Shown in pieces: positions 41,845 through 56,819 of a DNA stretch of 64,000 nucleotides. The stretch is from the human T2T-CHM13v2.0 reference genome, Homo sapiens. Where the stretch lies: assembly GCF_009914755.1 (NCBI RefSeq), contig NC_060934.1, one strand, 5' to 3'. The position numbers and the translations under genes are program-made. Positions within the stretch are counted from its first letter, which is position 1. The number at the start of each line of letters is the position of its first letter. Below the pieces are notes generated by a model. That model saw only the letters and a program-made list of their open reading frames with translations, searched no databases and had not been told where the DNA came from.

Positions 41845-44800
41845 CTCTGTGTTGTAAGATCTTTCTGTGGTCTGTCTCAGAGTCATCTTGAAGAGAGAGA
41901 TGACTTCCCACCAAAATTTAGGGAGCTCATAGACAATCTCAAGAGGAAGTCCCACAGGCCCATACCTCTCCACCATAGAGCTATGCCGTGGCGCCCACCA
42001 GCCATGCGCTTTGATGGGCTCCAAGTAGAAATGCTTTTCGTTCTTCTCTCTACTTCTCAACCATGTGCTTTAAAAGCCCTGATCCAAAGTCATTTAGAGA
42101 GTCTTTTTGGTCTTACCCATTTTACCAAAGTCACCTAATTTTCCTTCTTCATTTAAAATTGTCTGTGTTCTCATTGTTGATTGTTGTTTTGTAAATGCTT
42201 TAATGACCTTTTCATGGACCTCTCTCTCCATTATGACATAAGCTCTCATTAAACACCCCACCTGAATCACTCTTAAAAATAACTTAATAAATTTTGTATA
42301 TGTATATATGCATATATACATATATGTCTGTGTCTATATGTATATGTATGTGTACACACACATTCATGCACTTGTTCATTTATTCATTCATTCATGGGGC
42401 CAAGAAGCTATGTGTGAAGCCAACCATGTAGGCAAGTTTTTGTAATTTTTTTCTAGAATGAGAGAGGTAGGGAGGGATTGGTCTCAAGTACAGGGCTTAT
42501 GAGGTTGCAAAAGGAAAAGAAGAGCTAAGAAAAATTTTTTTCTATTCTTTTTTTGGTGTATCATCAGCTCTCAAATAATTACTATTTGTTTTTTCTATTG
42601 TAACTGGTCGCATTAGCAAAAGTACTAAGACCAAGGTATGTGGGGTCAGATCAGAAGATCTGATGTGGAGTCCGGCTTTCCCAGTGGGGCTTTTAAAATA
42701 GGAGGACAGTCTATATCAGTATTCCATAATCAAGGATCTACCTCTGAGTCATCCAAGGTATTCTGATGCAGTTGGTGGCAATTACAACACAACAGTCCAT
42801 AGGTGTTTCTGATGTCCAGTTGGCTTTAGAATTCGGAGACACTCAGCTCCCAACAAGTTCAATTTCTTCCTTTACTGTCTCACACCATTTTATAGATCCT
42901 ATCTTGTGTATTTTTTCTCACTTCTTCATGTATTTCCACATCTAGAGAATGGCTTCCAGTGGGTAGGAGCTGAGTTGTCTTGACTCTTGAAGCCTCATCA
43001 ATGCCTAAAGTAGTGCTGGATATGAAAAAAGGGCTTGGCACCTTTTTTTTTCTGGAGGTGGCTTGAAACCACCTTTCCTTCTCAGGAACTAGGAACTTAT
43101 AGGGAGATGCAGGGATCTTTGGCCATCTCAGATGCCCACTGCCCATTTGGAATCAGATCCATTTGGATGTCAACAAATGCAGCTAATAAGCAAAGGACTA
43201 TGATTCAGACTCAATCCAAGTGCTGGTTGTGGGTCATGAATCTTTAGGGAGGGCTGGATTCTACAAGTGTGGTCTATCTCATGGGCTAGCCTGGGCACCC
43301 TCCAAGCCCATCCTCCCCACTCCAGTTCTGTTCCCTTGGAAGGAGTTGAGGGGTGGGGCTAGGGAGGTGGTTTGTGAGTACACATATGACAAAGTTGCCA
43401 TGAGAGGCTAGATTCTAGAGGTCATACAAAACCAAAATCATAACTAGTCAAAATTAACTTAGAAAATTTACATCATCCACAATGATGGCAAGATGCTTGC
43501 ACTCTGAGAGAATCAGGGACTAGGAACAGCACAAGGAACAGTAAATATGTTCCCATGTAGTTACACATTCACTGCACAGCAACTGGTTGAAGAGTGGAAT
43601 GGTAGGCTGATTCTCTAGCACATTTAAATTTTTTATTCATTTAATCTCTTTATTTTTTACTGTTGGTTTGATGAGTGCTCACACTTGTATATGGAAAAGA
43701 TAGATATGTGCTTGATATAGTTCCATTCTATGGTCTGTAAGCAGATCCGCTTTGTCCTTCCTCGAGTTTGTGCTCCATTTGCCACTGAGAAATTTTAGGG
43801 TTTTGCAATATGACTTTTGATTCTGGAGTTCCTGTGGCATTTGTGTTTATACAAAACAATGCAGCTGCCTTTTTTTTCTTTTGGTAAAACATTTTCCTGG
43901 CCCTTCATCCACAAAACACGAGGTTTGCCTTCCTTCTAGCTGTTTCCCAGAGCCTAATAGTAGAGCCTCTATGTAAATTTATGTGACGTTTTCACTAGAA
44001 AATTGCTTAAAAATGAATGATATTTCTAGAGTTTACTGTTTTTCACTTTAAGTACATTTTCTGACAATATGTCTTCTATTAATCATTTAAGCAATACTAG
44101 GAGCCTTAAAGGAGTGTATTCAGAAGCAAGAACCCATGGTTCATTTAGTGCTGTCTGAAAAAAATTCTTATTGATTGGCATCCTCTGTGGTTATGTGATG
44201 TAATATTTATAATATGTCACCCAGGCATACATCAAAACAAGTGTGTCTGTTGTTTCATTTCCATGGGAGATGTTGATTTCAAAGAGGTCAGCCCAGTTTT
44301 TAGGTCACATTGTGGCCAACCACTGGACCAGAAATGGGAAGTGACTCGATTTATGTAGTTATTGGAAATGGCATCACAGAGCTTGAGTTTCTGTGGAGTC
44401 TTTCCTCCCCTCCTCCCAAATTCACCCTTTTCACTTCCTCACTTACCTCCTGTGCACCCAGTTGGATTTTCTTGGCACACATCCCCACCATAAAACAGGC
44501 TCATTAAATTTATATGTGAGCATGAACATACAACCAAGTTGTTGAGTAGCACCCTGGCCCCACTGGGGCAGGAGCAGAACTGTGCCTGGGGTTTCTCTTT
44601 GCCATTCATCATAGTTCATGGCTGAGAAATGTCCATGGCCCTGTTATTATAGGAGCTTAAACCTGTCTGTGATTTTCAGTGTGTACACACCATGCTGCTA
44701 TTTTGGGATGAATGTGGAATGGAGGTGAATGTGATAATCAGCAGCCTCCAGGATTTGGGCAGGAAGAGAACAGCAGTGCAAGACTTGGCCGGAGAGACCA

Positions 44801-47800
44801 CCATGCTACTGAGAAACCACTTTAGTGCCCCTTGTGGATTTCAACGCTAGCCAAAATAACAAATCAATATGGGAAAGTTGGGTGCCCAGAATGGTCTATT
44901 TCTTGTCTTCCCTTGCCATTGCTTTTTTTGTTTTTGCTACAGAAAGAACAATGGACTGAAGGTTAACAGTAGACAAGTCTGGACTTCACCTTTCAAATAA
45001 GGGAGTTGGTCTCATGGTCTTTTAGCTCTTCCTCTGTCACTGAACCCTCTGTCGTTCATCCCCTCCTGCCACTCCAGTCTCTGGTTGGCCTTGCTTTACT
45101 CCCTCCTCCCTGTAGGGCCTTCTGTATTCCTTACAACTTTCAATTATTTAAAACGTGACACCCTTTCTTTGTTCCCCTGCATGGAGCAGCCCTGGGGCCT
45201 GCCCAGTGTCTGCAGCACTCAGCCAAAGGGAAGGAGGGAGGGACCCTCTGCCGTCTGGTCGCTCTGGGCTGCCACCATTTCCCAGACGAATAGGAGCTGT
45301 AAAACTTGTGGCTTACATAACCCAGTGAGCATTCTCCAGCTAATCTACAATCTGGGCTTTGAAGATCACAAGAAAGCAAAGGTCACGACCCAGAGATCAA
45401 AGTGACAGAAGCCCACAGAGTAATTGCCGGTTACTCTCTGTAGAGGGCCTTGGTCTGTCCTGTGGGTGTATTGTTTGCACAGAGACTTCAAACATGCTGC
45501 CGGTGAACTGTGAGGAAAATCAGCTGGCCTCTGCCAGTTGTCAGGCATTCATGAATGCTGTAGGTGAGCTCACCTCGGCTCATTAGAGTGAGATTGTTGT
45601 CATCTCTCTGAGCATCTGCAGTTATTCCACTCACACTGTTTGTTCATTACTCTGTGGTCTTTATTGACTTTCTCACAGTCGTCATTTACTTGGAGGTGTT
45701 GGGGGTGGTTATATAAGGAAATTGGAATAACAAGAAAGGACGACATGGACATTTTTATTGTAAGTCAACTTTGAGCCACGTAGAGTTCAAGCAAGGTAAC
45801 ATTTGAAAGAGGCTTAGACATCATTTGGCCCATCCCCTTCACAGCATAGATAGAAAAACTGAGGCTCAGAAAGGCAGCAGAGACTGAACCAAGATCACAG
45901 GGCAAGATACACTCAAGAGTCTGGCCTCTTTCACTATGCTATTAGTCCCCAAGCTTTTTGTTACAAAAACTTGCCCTCCTTTTATTTTTCTCCCCAACAC
46001 TTTAAAAACTTTGATCTCTCAAATAGGCTGCACTGAAGCCATTGCTAAGTTTATTATTATTATGAAACATATACGTTCAGCAGTTGATCACGGCTTCTGT
46101 TCAGCATGAGGTAACCAGTGCTATTAAATGGAGTTAATGTAATCTAGTCAACAGTGAGGAAGCATGATGTTTTGTTGACGGACTCATCTATCCCATCAAG
46201 CTTTGTGAAAGATTGAGAATGGCTCACAGATCACCCACTGCTGCCTTCAGGGGTCTCAGGTAGCGCATCAGTAGCTTGTACCATGTCTCACTGCCTCCAA
46301 AGAATAGAAGCAAGAAGGCAGCAAGAAATAATGCAAAGAAGCATAGACTGCCGTAAACGGAAGAAAATTTTAAAAACGAAACAAAACTCTAATGACCCCA
46401 TGCCCAGTTCCCTCAAGAATTGGAAACTTGGTACTTCTTGAATAGAGTGTCAGAGAAAAAAACATGTCAGCCAACCCCATTCGCAGACCGTGGAGGCCCA
46501 TCTGAGCTTTTCTGTGGTTGTAAGGTGTTCCTGGGGAGCAGCCATTGCCCTGGGGGGAGCAGCCATTGCCCTGGGGATAACAGTTACAGGCAGGGGGAAA
46601 GAACATCCTCCTCTCTCTCTCAGGTCTGGATGAAAAATGCCTGAGTGTTGGGACTAGAGCAGAGAAAATTGATTTTGGAAAGAAAGAAAAAAAAGGTATT
46701 TCTCCTGTTCCTTTTCTCCTCCTAGCGGTTTTAGCTCTCTCCTTAGAGGAGTCCTTTAAGCAAATGGAACATTCTATGTGAGAAGAAAGAGGACCTGAAA
46801 AGCTCAATGTGCTGGTCTCTCAGATTTAGGAAATCTGTTTCCAGACAGAGACAAATGGGTCTTTAAGCACCTTCCCAGGATCCCTGCTCTCCTCTTGATA
46901 ACCCCACCTTCTGTATCTCAGCCAAGAGCACCTCTGACTCTCACCCCCACCCCTCACCACCCCCAGCCTTGGGGGCTTTCCCCTAGCCACCTTGAGAAGG
47001 TCAGGAAAATTGGAGTTGCCCTCTGGAGCTAGGGACGTGAGACTTAGAACTTAGACCGATCTCTTTTCATTAAGCAGTGCCCTGGCTTAACAAGCAGTTT
47101 TATAAATCTGAAGCTGTCTCCGGGTGTCGCAGGATTTATAGACGGGGGTTTCTGCCATAAAGTGGTTTATGATGGCTGCCTTCTGTGTTATTAGTAGCTG
47201 TCTCTTCCTTCAACCATTGCTGTTTGATAATAGCCTTAAAACACCCAGAATTACTTACCTGCAAACCCTATTCCCGATAGCCCCTGTTGACAGTCTGAAT
47301 AAGTTTAGTGCCCTTTTGTTGTACTTTACCTTCAAAACAAACTGATTGAACCATCAATAGCTCGTGGAAGCTGACAGAGGGATGTCATCTGGACTAGCCC
47401 TTGTGATTGCAGGTTATCTGGGGGAGTTAACCTTCCCGCATTGTTAACTGAAATGTTTTATGTACTATGCAACTTTAGGATACGGCTGTGATAACCCCAG
47501 TAACTAAGTAATACATCACAGTAAAGAGATTTTGGTGCAACAAATAACCCAGGATTAAATTTACAAGGGTTGAATTGATATTGTAAAAGCCTTCATTCTG
47601 TGGCTTTGGGAATCCTCTCTTGTATTTTTATGGCAAACTTGTATTACTCAGGATTGAAGCTGTGCCTTTTGACACCCTGACATGACCTAGAACAAAGGGA
47701 AATAGATCTCCCAGGACCATGAAAGGACAGGCAAGCAGGAAGCCCACTGACTTATCACTTGGCAATAATGTTTGGAGCGAGTTCCAAGCCACCAAGGGGC

Positions 47801-47956
47801 AAGAAGATCTGGCAGACATGGCCACTGGCTGGGTTCTGTGCACTGCAGGCATTGGGGCAGGGCAGCCCTTAGCAGAACTGGAAGGAGACCCTTTGCTGCC
47901 TCACCACCCTCCTAATTTCAAAGCTATTATTCCTCATGGTGTTATTTTCACGAGGA

Positions 47957-48133
47957 CATTGGTTCTCAGCAGGACTAGCAGCATCAGCATCACCTGGGGA
48001 CATATTAGAAATGTAAATTTCAGGCCCAGTTCCAGAAATACTGAATCAGAAACTCTGGGGATGGGGCCCTGCCATCTGTGTGTTGGGAAGTCTCCAGGAA
48101 ATACTGATGCCCACTGAAGTTTGAGAACCACTG
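47957..48133. mobile_element. MER5A (hAT-Charlie)
   Basis: ggttctca...cagcatcagcatcacctggg...tactgaatcagaaactctgggg...tttgagaaccactg. Confidence 0.85.
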
Positions 48134-48808
48134 TGCAAGAATAGAAGCTCACTGAAAGAGCACAGATCTTCTGCATTGCTTTTATCTCCTCATGTTGGTA
48201 CTTGACTCAGGTCCTGACACACAGTAGCTGTTCCATAATTATTGTTGAACGAGTGAATGTATGAGTAAGTAAATGAAAGAAGACATCTCTATGGAGGAAC
48301 TTTGGACCCTGGGCTGAATCTCAGATGGAACTATTTGGGGCAAGTCCTCCTAGTGTCCCTCACACCTCTCCAAGCAGCAACCACTTGGAAACCCAGGCTG
48401 GCCCACGGGATGGGTGAAAATCATCCCTCATTTCAGGGGGTGACTGGCAGCCTGTGTCATGGGCTGTCTCTTCGATTGTATAAGAAGAGTGATCTGAAAA
48501 CAGCAGCTCTTTGTCATCTAAAATTTTTAACTAGCTTAAAAGCCAGCACCTCTGTCTCTCTCTTTCTCCTTTGATTTCAGGGCTGTGATCCAAAGTGAGG
48601 CAAAATGACAATGTGCGGTCTGTTGTCATCATGGTTCCTGCCAGCCCCGTGAAGGCATCCTTCACTCCATCGTTAAACATTGGCTGATTTTCTAATACTG
48701 ATGTTTTCTTCACCTGAATATTCATCTTTTCCCACCCTACACTTAGTGGGTGTCTTTACTCCCTGCACGTCACTCCTGACATATTGTTTCTGTCTGTACA
48801 TGTCTTTA

Positions 48809-49462
<654 letters not shown>

Positions 49463-49557
49463 TTATTCCTGCAGACCTCTAAACTATTCTCTCTGGCTTT
49501 GGGATGGTCAGCCAAGCCTTTTACCTGGATAAGCATATGCAGGCCACTTGGTGATAA

Positions 49558-51102
49558 TGTCACCGAATCCTTGGGGTGTTACTTCCTCAGTTGGGAACCT
49601 CTGTGACTGGTGGTTCCTTTGCCTGAGTTTTGCTTGGGCCTGCTGAGCTTGTTCCACCTACTCGGCCTGGTGGGCTGCACTTGGCTCGTGCTGCCAGTTC
49701 AGATCCCATGCCTGCCAAGGGTGAGCCAGGTGTGGAGTGGTAAGGGGTACATGAGCAAGCAAGCACAGGGTCTGGCCACTGCATACAGCCAGGCATGCTG
49801 GAAGCAGCAGGCTGGGCAGCTCTAGACACTGGCATGGGCACTAGCTCCCTGTGAGGCTGCATCTGGACCAGGCATACCACAACCAGCTTCCACGGCAGGC
49901 ACTGGGGAACGTGGTGGCACCTGGAAGCTTGAAGATGCCAGGAACCACAGAGCCCCAAAGAGGGTGTCACAGCCTTTGCTTGGGGAGCTGTTAGGTCTGG
50001 GCTCCCCAAAGGGCCACAGCTCTTCTCTCTGTCTCATCACCCACCATGTGGCGAGTGGGGGGACATGTTTCAGCCCTGTTTGTGTTACAGCTCTTTCAGT
50101 CCTGCCATTTGGTGGGTCCCAAGTTGTTGTCCCAGATCCAGGAAGAATGAAGCATGCACACAATTGGAGGGTGAGCAAGGCAAAGAGGTGCTTTATTAAG
50201 CAACAGTACAGCTCTCAGGACAACTAAAGTGGGTAGCTCCTTTCTGCAGGCAGGTCATCTCAGTTTCTGTGCAGCCCTCAGCAGAGAGGAGACCCAGAGT
50301 GGGTAGCTCCTCTCCACAGGCAGGTTGTTCCATCAACTGCCCAAGTCTGGCTGAGTCTGGGGCTTTTATGGGCATCAGAGGAAAGGAAGTGCATGCTGAT
50401 TGGTCCATGGGTGGCCACAGCAGGGTCCAGAAAAAGTACCATATGTTCTCACTCTGATTTACGAAACTGGTAGCCCAGCCCCTATGCTTTAGGCCACCTC
50501 TGGCCTGATGGTGGGGTTTCACCAGGGACACACCCCTTTCCACCTAGGAGCCTGTCTGCCTCCTGCTGCCAGCCATCAACCTGCTGTCTATAGTGCCCAT
50601 GGTGCCCAGGCTGTTTGTGCCAAGGGATGCCTGCAGGCCCATGCTGAGCTGTCCTCTGCTGTCCCTTGGCCTCCCTGCTGTGCTCATCAGCACCCAAAGT
50701 CCAGAAGGGGCTGAGGTGGCAGGGGGCTGGTGTTTCAGTACTGCTCCGAGCATGTACACACTCAGCCAGATTGTGACAGTGCCTGGGCTTGGCCGCCACT
50801 TTGCTCCAAAATTGGAGTGGGCATTGGGAGTCGGGAGAGGCCAGGCAGTGGGAGCAGGCACTCCCAAGCCTTCCAGTGGAGGGGGGCTTCCCAAGCCCCC
50901 AAGAGCACAGGGATGCCTGGGTCTGCAGCTGCAGCTGGGCAGCTGCAGTTGCACCTGGGAGCAGGGGCTCCTGCCCCACCAACTCAGGAGGGCATGGGGC
51001 TCCCACCTGTTCCTGGCTCCTGCCAGCTCCATAGAGCAAGCAGCCCCTACTGCAGCTGGTGTATTTGCAGCAATTGCTCCAGATGGGCTGCTACTGCCAC
51101 CA
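49558..51102 (-). mobile_element. MER52-type (MER52A-like) ERV1 solo LTR, 1,545 bp
   Basis: TG...CA termini; 4-bp TSD ATAA at 49554-49557 and 51103-51106; GC-rich; minus-strand AATAAA near 50192-50197; termini match the recalled MER52 consensus. Confidence 0.88.
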
Positions 51103-52763
51103 ATAATGAGACCACCTTACGAATGTGGAAGGTGGCCTTGGGAACCCAAGGCTCCAGTGAAGGCAAGCCACACTGTTCCAAGTAACATCCTCACTGAGGA
51201 ATAGCTAGGTTCTTGGGGTTGCCTTAAGGTGTGGTTCCTTGATGCCCATTTGAGATTTCCTGTTTCTCCTTTTCCATTGAGTTTTCAGTCAGTAGACCTC
51301 TTGCTCTGTGCTCCCATAACCACTCTATGCATAACCTCGATTTTGGCACTTAGCTATGCTTATTCCTAATTTCTCCATGTGAGTGTATAATTTCTGTTAC
51401 ACTGAGAACACCTTTGAGAGCAGGAAGCATGTTGTAATCACATCTGTATCCCTAAGGCCTGGCACATAGTAGGTGATCAAGAAATATCTGTGCAACTGAA
51501 ATCAACTGGTATGTTATTGACTCCATTCTAATGCCAGTTTTCAAGATGTGGTGAGAGTGAGCAAATAAATTTGTCCCTGCCTTCAAGAAGCTTACAGTTT
51601 GGGTAAGGACATTAATGAACACCAAGAAAATAATTAGAAAACAACAAAATGTTAGACTGTAAGGTGCTGATGGCATATTCTAGGAGTCCTGGGAAGGGAG
51701 AAAGCAATGAAGGGTGGAGGTGTACAAAAAAACCTTCACAGGGGATGAGGCTTGAAAGATGAGTATATGCTGAGGAGGCTGGGTATAGGAAGGAAATGAC
51801 AGATTCCCTTGGAGATAATCCATTGCTCTTGACACTGTGTACTTACCTCTTGATAAGCAGAATAGGGTGGAAACAACTCGCTTGTTTGATTGTTGGACTA
51901 TGGAACTTGATGGAAAGCATCTTGGTTAGTGATTGTCCCTGACGAGGGAGAAGTATAGACACATGTCCATACCTGTTATACATTTATTTATGCATTTATA
52001 TAACTATACCCTGGCCAAGTGGTTATTCTTGTCAACTCCATATATACCTATTTGAGGACAGTTAATTACACTAGCAGCCATTGGCTTATTTCTGGAGTCC
52101 ATCTGCCAAGGAATTCTTCCAGGGAAATGGAGAGCACCTAGCATTTGTTGGGCCATTAATATCTCCTAGAAATTAACTCCCCCTTTTCTCCTTGATAATC
52201 TTCATAGGTTAGCAAGTGTGGAAATAACCACATGTATTATCGAGGGATGATGCGAACAAAGTTCTTAAGACCCCTGCCTGATTCCTCAAGGAAGCATTTC
52301 TCAGCTACATGTGTTCCTCACTTGTAACCCACAGTCATCCAGGTCATTATAGTCTATGATACAGATGACCCATAGGAATGGCAGTGACATAAAGGGTACA
52401 ATCAATTTATAGGTTTATTTTACTGAGAATTTCTGTGTAGCAAAGAAGCTGAGCCTGTTTTCTAGACTGGAAGGAAGGGCATGCGTTGATAGGGTGCCAC
52501 TGGCTAACCCACGTGTGTGTGTGTGTGTTTACCTTTGAGCCAAGTGTACCATTAGTGTGTGCTTCTAATGTTTAGTTGTGCATGTGTGTAAGATAGAATC
52601 ATTCTGACTTCTCCAAGGAACAGTTGTTTATTCTTTGTGAAAGAAGAGAGGAGGCGCAGCCAAGGTCTAAGTTCCAGAAGACCGGATGGTGTGGATTCTT
52701 GAAGATCAGACAAGCTGTCGGGATCTCTGAGGCTGCCACTCAAACTTCCTGAGTTGTCTCTGA

Positions 52764-52985
<222 letters not shown>

Positions 52986-55036
52986 TAGAATGCAGTTGGA
53001 ATCTCACATGAAGGGTCCTTCCATGGATACATTGTTGGCCAAACATGAAATAAGGTTAGGTGTAAATTGGATCTTCCTGTTTTACCAATAAAGCAGCACT
53101 ATGCATAGCCCAATGGTGAAGTTCTGTGGGGGACTGCAGGTCTCCTTCTTGGAAATATTCACTAAGTGGGGCCTCTGCAGGTTTGCAGCTGAGAAAGGAG
53201 AAAGAGGAAAGCATTGGGCATGGGTGGGCTTTGGGGTAGGGGGGATTCTTCTAGTACTTCAGAGGGGGACTTTCTTGTTTGCCACCAAAGGGAAGCTAGG
53301 GAAGAGTGATTTTCTTCCATCACAGGCAAGGGCTCCATGGCCCTCTGAGATATCGTTAGTGTGGAAGGTGATGTTTTCTGACAATGTGTCCCTAGGCTGG
53401 CATGTGCCCCCCACATGTATCTCTCCAGAGCTGATTAGAGTGGTGTTTACTGACCTTTCCTTTACCAGCTGAGTCTGTAAGTGAATTTGGTGTCATGCTA
53501 ATGGCAGCTCTGATGAGGCAGTGGAGAATTGGCTTGGGGTCTTGGATTCAGACCCAAGGAGATTTTTTAAGGACATGGATGACTATCTCTTTGGGAGGAG
53601 TTGGGAGTCCTTCAGTGAAGCCAGAGGCTGGGGAATGGACTCGGTGACCCCTGATGATCTCCTTGGAGAACCATCATTGCCTTGAGGCTCTGTGGAGCTG
53701 TGTGGTCACCTCCCATGAGATTGCAACTTGTGTGTTGAAAATGCTGGCACTGATATCCTAGAAGTCTAGTTTATCCTCAGCTATTGACTTATAGCACTCT
53801 GCATGTGCATTGGAAGTGATTAAAGGGGGGAAAGAAAAAACAAAAACAAAACAGAACAATGAAACATCTTCCATCAAGTTGCTCTGCTGGTAGCAGACCT
53901 CAGGCCACTTTCTTTCCCCGAATCCATGAGGTGCAACTTATTTTCCATTATGCTGAATAAAATTGCTAGCAGTTGTGGAAATATATGATATGGAGGGTAT
54001 ATTACTGGCAGATAAATGTATTGTTACCTCTTTCAGCATGTGGGAAATTAATTGAGTGATTCATTTCATAGCTATTAAAGTGTTAACAGTGCTCCCTATC
54101 GAGGCACAGGTTTGATGTATTGCACACAACTGCCTTTAGTTATTCTAGCTTTTGTAATTTTTCCAAATGAAATAATTTATTTCTTGGCCTTCTTTTTATT
54201 TGTTTTTGGTGAAAACAGTCCAGAGATAGCCAGCATGACCAAACCCAGCAAAAGTACAACAAATGCACTCTATAATATCCTGGGTTATTATAAATAACCT
54301 GCCCACCCTACATATCTCACCTTCTTGTATACATCTGTATTCACGTGTATACCTGTGTGCAGAGTGGATCAGTATTTCTCCTGCGCTCATTGACTTTGAT
54401 GTGGGCAGCTCTACATTGTCACACAAAATCTGAAGGGGTAATAAATGTAGTACCCACCATATCTGGATGGGGCACTCAGTGCATGCCCACCCCCCATTCT
54501 TCTAAGGTTCTTGGTGCACAGATCTACAAGTGTTCACATCATCCTCTAAAGTAGAAGGAAGGGGTCACTGGCTCGCTTTATGGGTGAGGGAACTGAGGGC
54601 TGGAGAAGTTAACTGGGCTGCCCCAGGTCACCTGGCTAGTAATTGTGGAGCTGGAGGTTTACCTTGTGTCTGACCACTGGGCCCACACTCTTCTCTCTCT
54701 GCTTTCTCACCCCTGGAGCAGTGAGCTACATATTTACCCTGTGGATCTCTTTGTTCAAACAAAACCTCCTAAGGTCTAAATGAGGAAAACAGGTAAGAGC
54801 AGGACTGTTCTGTTGAGTAGAGGTGGGAGGAATCGAAATCCTTCCTTGCTTTTGAAAGTATCTGAGACTGGCTCCTTAAAATCCAGCATTAGTTGTTTCT
54901 GAGTCATTAGCAACATCAGCAGAAATGCCCTTTAGGGTTCCCAATTAGTTTCTAATCAATTCTAGAATTAGTTCATGTTTGTATGATTGACTCCAATATC
55001 CTTACTAACTGTATTAAGCTTTAAAAAGCCTGTTAA

Positions 55037-55647
55037 GGTGTAAATTAGTTCAACCATTGTGGAAAGCAGTATGGCAATTCCTCAGAGAGCTAAAAACAGA
55101 ACTACCATTTGACCTAGCAATCCTATTACTGGGTATATACTGAAAGGAATATAAATCATTCTATCATAAAGACACATACATGTGGATATTCCCAGCAACA
55201 CTATTCACAATAGCAAAGACATGGAATCAGCCTAAATGCCCATCAGTGACAGATCAGATAAAGAAAATGTGATACGTATACACTATGGAATACTATGCAG
55301 CCATACAAAAGAACGAGATCATATCTTTTGTGGGAACATGGATGGAGCTGGAGGCCATTATTCTTAGCAAACTAATGCAGGAACAGAAAAACAAATACAT
55401 ATTCTTACTTACAGGTAGAAGCTAAATGATGAGAACTCATGAACACAAAGAAGGGAACAACAGACATAGGGGCCTACTTGAGGCTGAAGATTGGGAGGAG
55501 AGAGAGGAGCAGAAAAAATAACTATTAGGTACTAGGCTTGGTACCTGGGTATGAAATAATCTCTACAACAAACCCCCGTGACACAAGTTTACCTATGTAA
55601 CCAACCTGCATATTTACCCCCAAACCTAAAACAAAAGTTTAAAAAAA
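55037..55647 (+). mobile_element. 5'-truncated primate L1 (older L1PA-like): ORF2 end, 3'UTR and A tail
   Basis: tgtaaattagttcaaccattgtggaa...ccatttgacctagcaatcc...tttacctatgtaacc...; CCTGTTAA repeated at 55029-55036 and 55650-55657 (TSD core). Confidence 0.9.
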
Positions 55648-56087
55648 TACCTGTTAATTATTTGAGGAGAGAGACTAAAGTACTCTTACAAAGTATGGTG
55701 ATCTTGGTTCTCTTTCTGTAGTCACATGATTTCCAGACCAAAGAGGACTTAGAAATCACCTAGTCTGTGCTCCCGTTTCATGGATGAGGGAGCTGGGAGA
55801 GGGTGTAGTTTCCTGAGGCTCCATGGAATTGGGACCAGAACCCCTGGGGGTCTGGGCTTCCAGTTAAGTGTTCAATTTATGCCATGATTCTTCAAGTGCC
55901 CAGGACGATTCTTCTGTGTTCTTGGTTTCATATCGAACTGGATGCCTACATTGAATGGCAGGCAGTTCCCTTTTGTCTGTTATTTTCAGAGATAGGCAGT
56001 GGTACTTTTCTTGTAGAAAGAAAGACGCCAAATGAGCTCCTTGCTGAATTAATAAATTGGCATTAAAAAGGCTGGTTCTCACCTGTT

Positions 56088-56226
56088 CACGGTGTGTACA
56101 GACATATGTTTGTTCCCATGCAGGTGTGTATACCCGCTTCCGTCTCTGTGTATATATACATATGCATGTTCTGGGAGGTATGTGTACACCAGAGTCAGCT
56201 TCTAAGTGGCAAGCAATTTCCTTTCC
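56088..56226 (+). repeat. Copy A of a 139-bp dispersed direct duplication
   Basis: Ungapped match to 57429-57567, 13 mismatches by eye. Confidence 0.95.
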
Positions 56227-56763
56227 ATGTGTTGCTGCTGCTGTGCTGAGCACACTCAGGGAAGACCTATTTTTCACGATGGAATCGGAATCTCAAGCTG
56301 GCTCCTGTCCTTTCCAGGGCAGCCAAGGCCTGTTGTGCTTATTCAGCAGAATGCTCTGATGGATGATTAAGGTGGCCGTGATTTGGGGAGCTATTTTCAT
56401 TTTATTCCTGACATAAAGAATTTGGGAGAATGGAAAATGTCCCTCCAATCACAGCTCTTGCCTTGGAGGTAGGGAAACGGGCAGTCTGGGTGTTCTCGGC
56501 TGACACAAATGCAGAACCATCCAGGAGGTAATAAAGGCCCGATGTCGCAGAGGTCTGATTGGGTACCTGGCAGGCGCTGGCGCTTGAGTGCAAGTCCTCA
56601 CTCCCTTTCTCCCATGATGACACATTTCTCCTCCGTGGCTGCCTTTTAGCTTTTGTTGTTTCAAAGCTGGCTTCTGTCTGAGCTCTGATTGTTGTAGAGA
56701 AAGATGCTGTCATTCATTAGGAAGTGATAGCTGAATGCTACAATGGATGCTTCCAGACTTTAT

Positions 56764-56766
<3 letters not shown>

Positions 56767-56815
<49 letters not shown>
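56767..56815. repeat. (TG)n microsatellite, about 24 units
   Basis: Perfect TG run. Confidence 0.98.

Positions 56816-56819
<4 letters not shown>

Noticed and set aside
50228-50325. Direct repeat agtgggtagctcct...caggcaggt
   Set aside because: Appears to be an internal repeat of the MER52-type LTR, not a separate feature
49587-51204. Cluster of 115-203-aa overlapping ORFs on both strands
   Set aside because: They lie within the GC-rich, stop-poor MER52-type LTR and show no recognisable protein motifs
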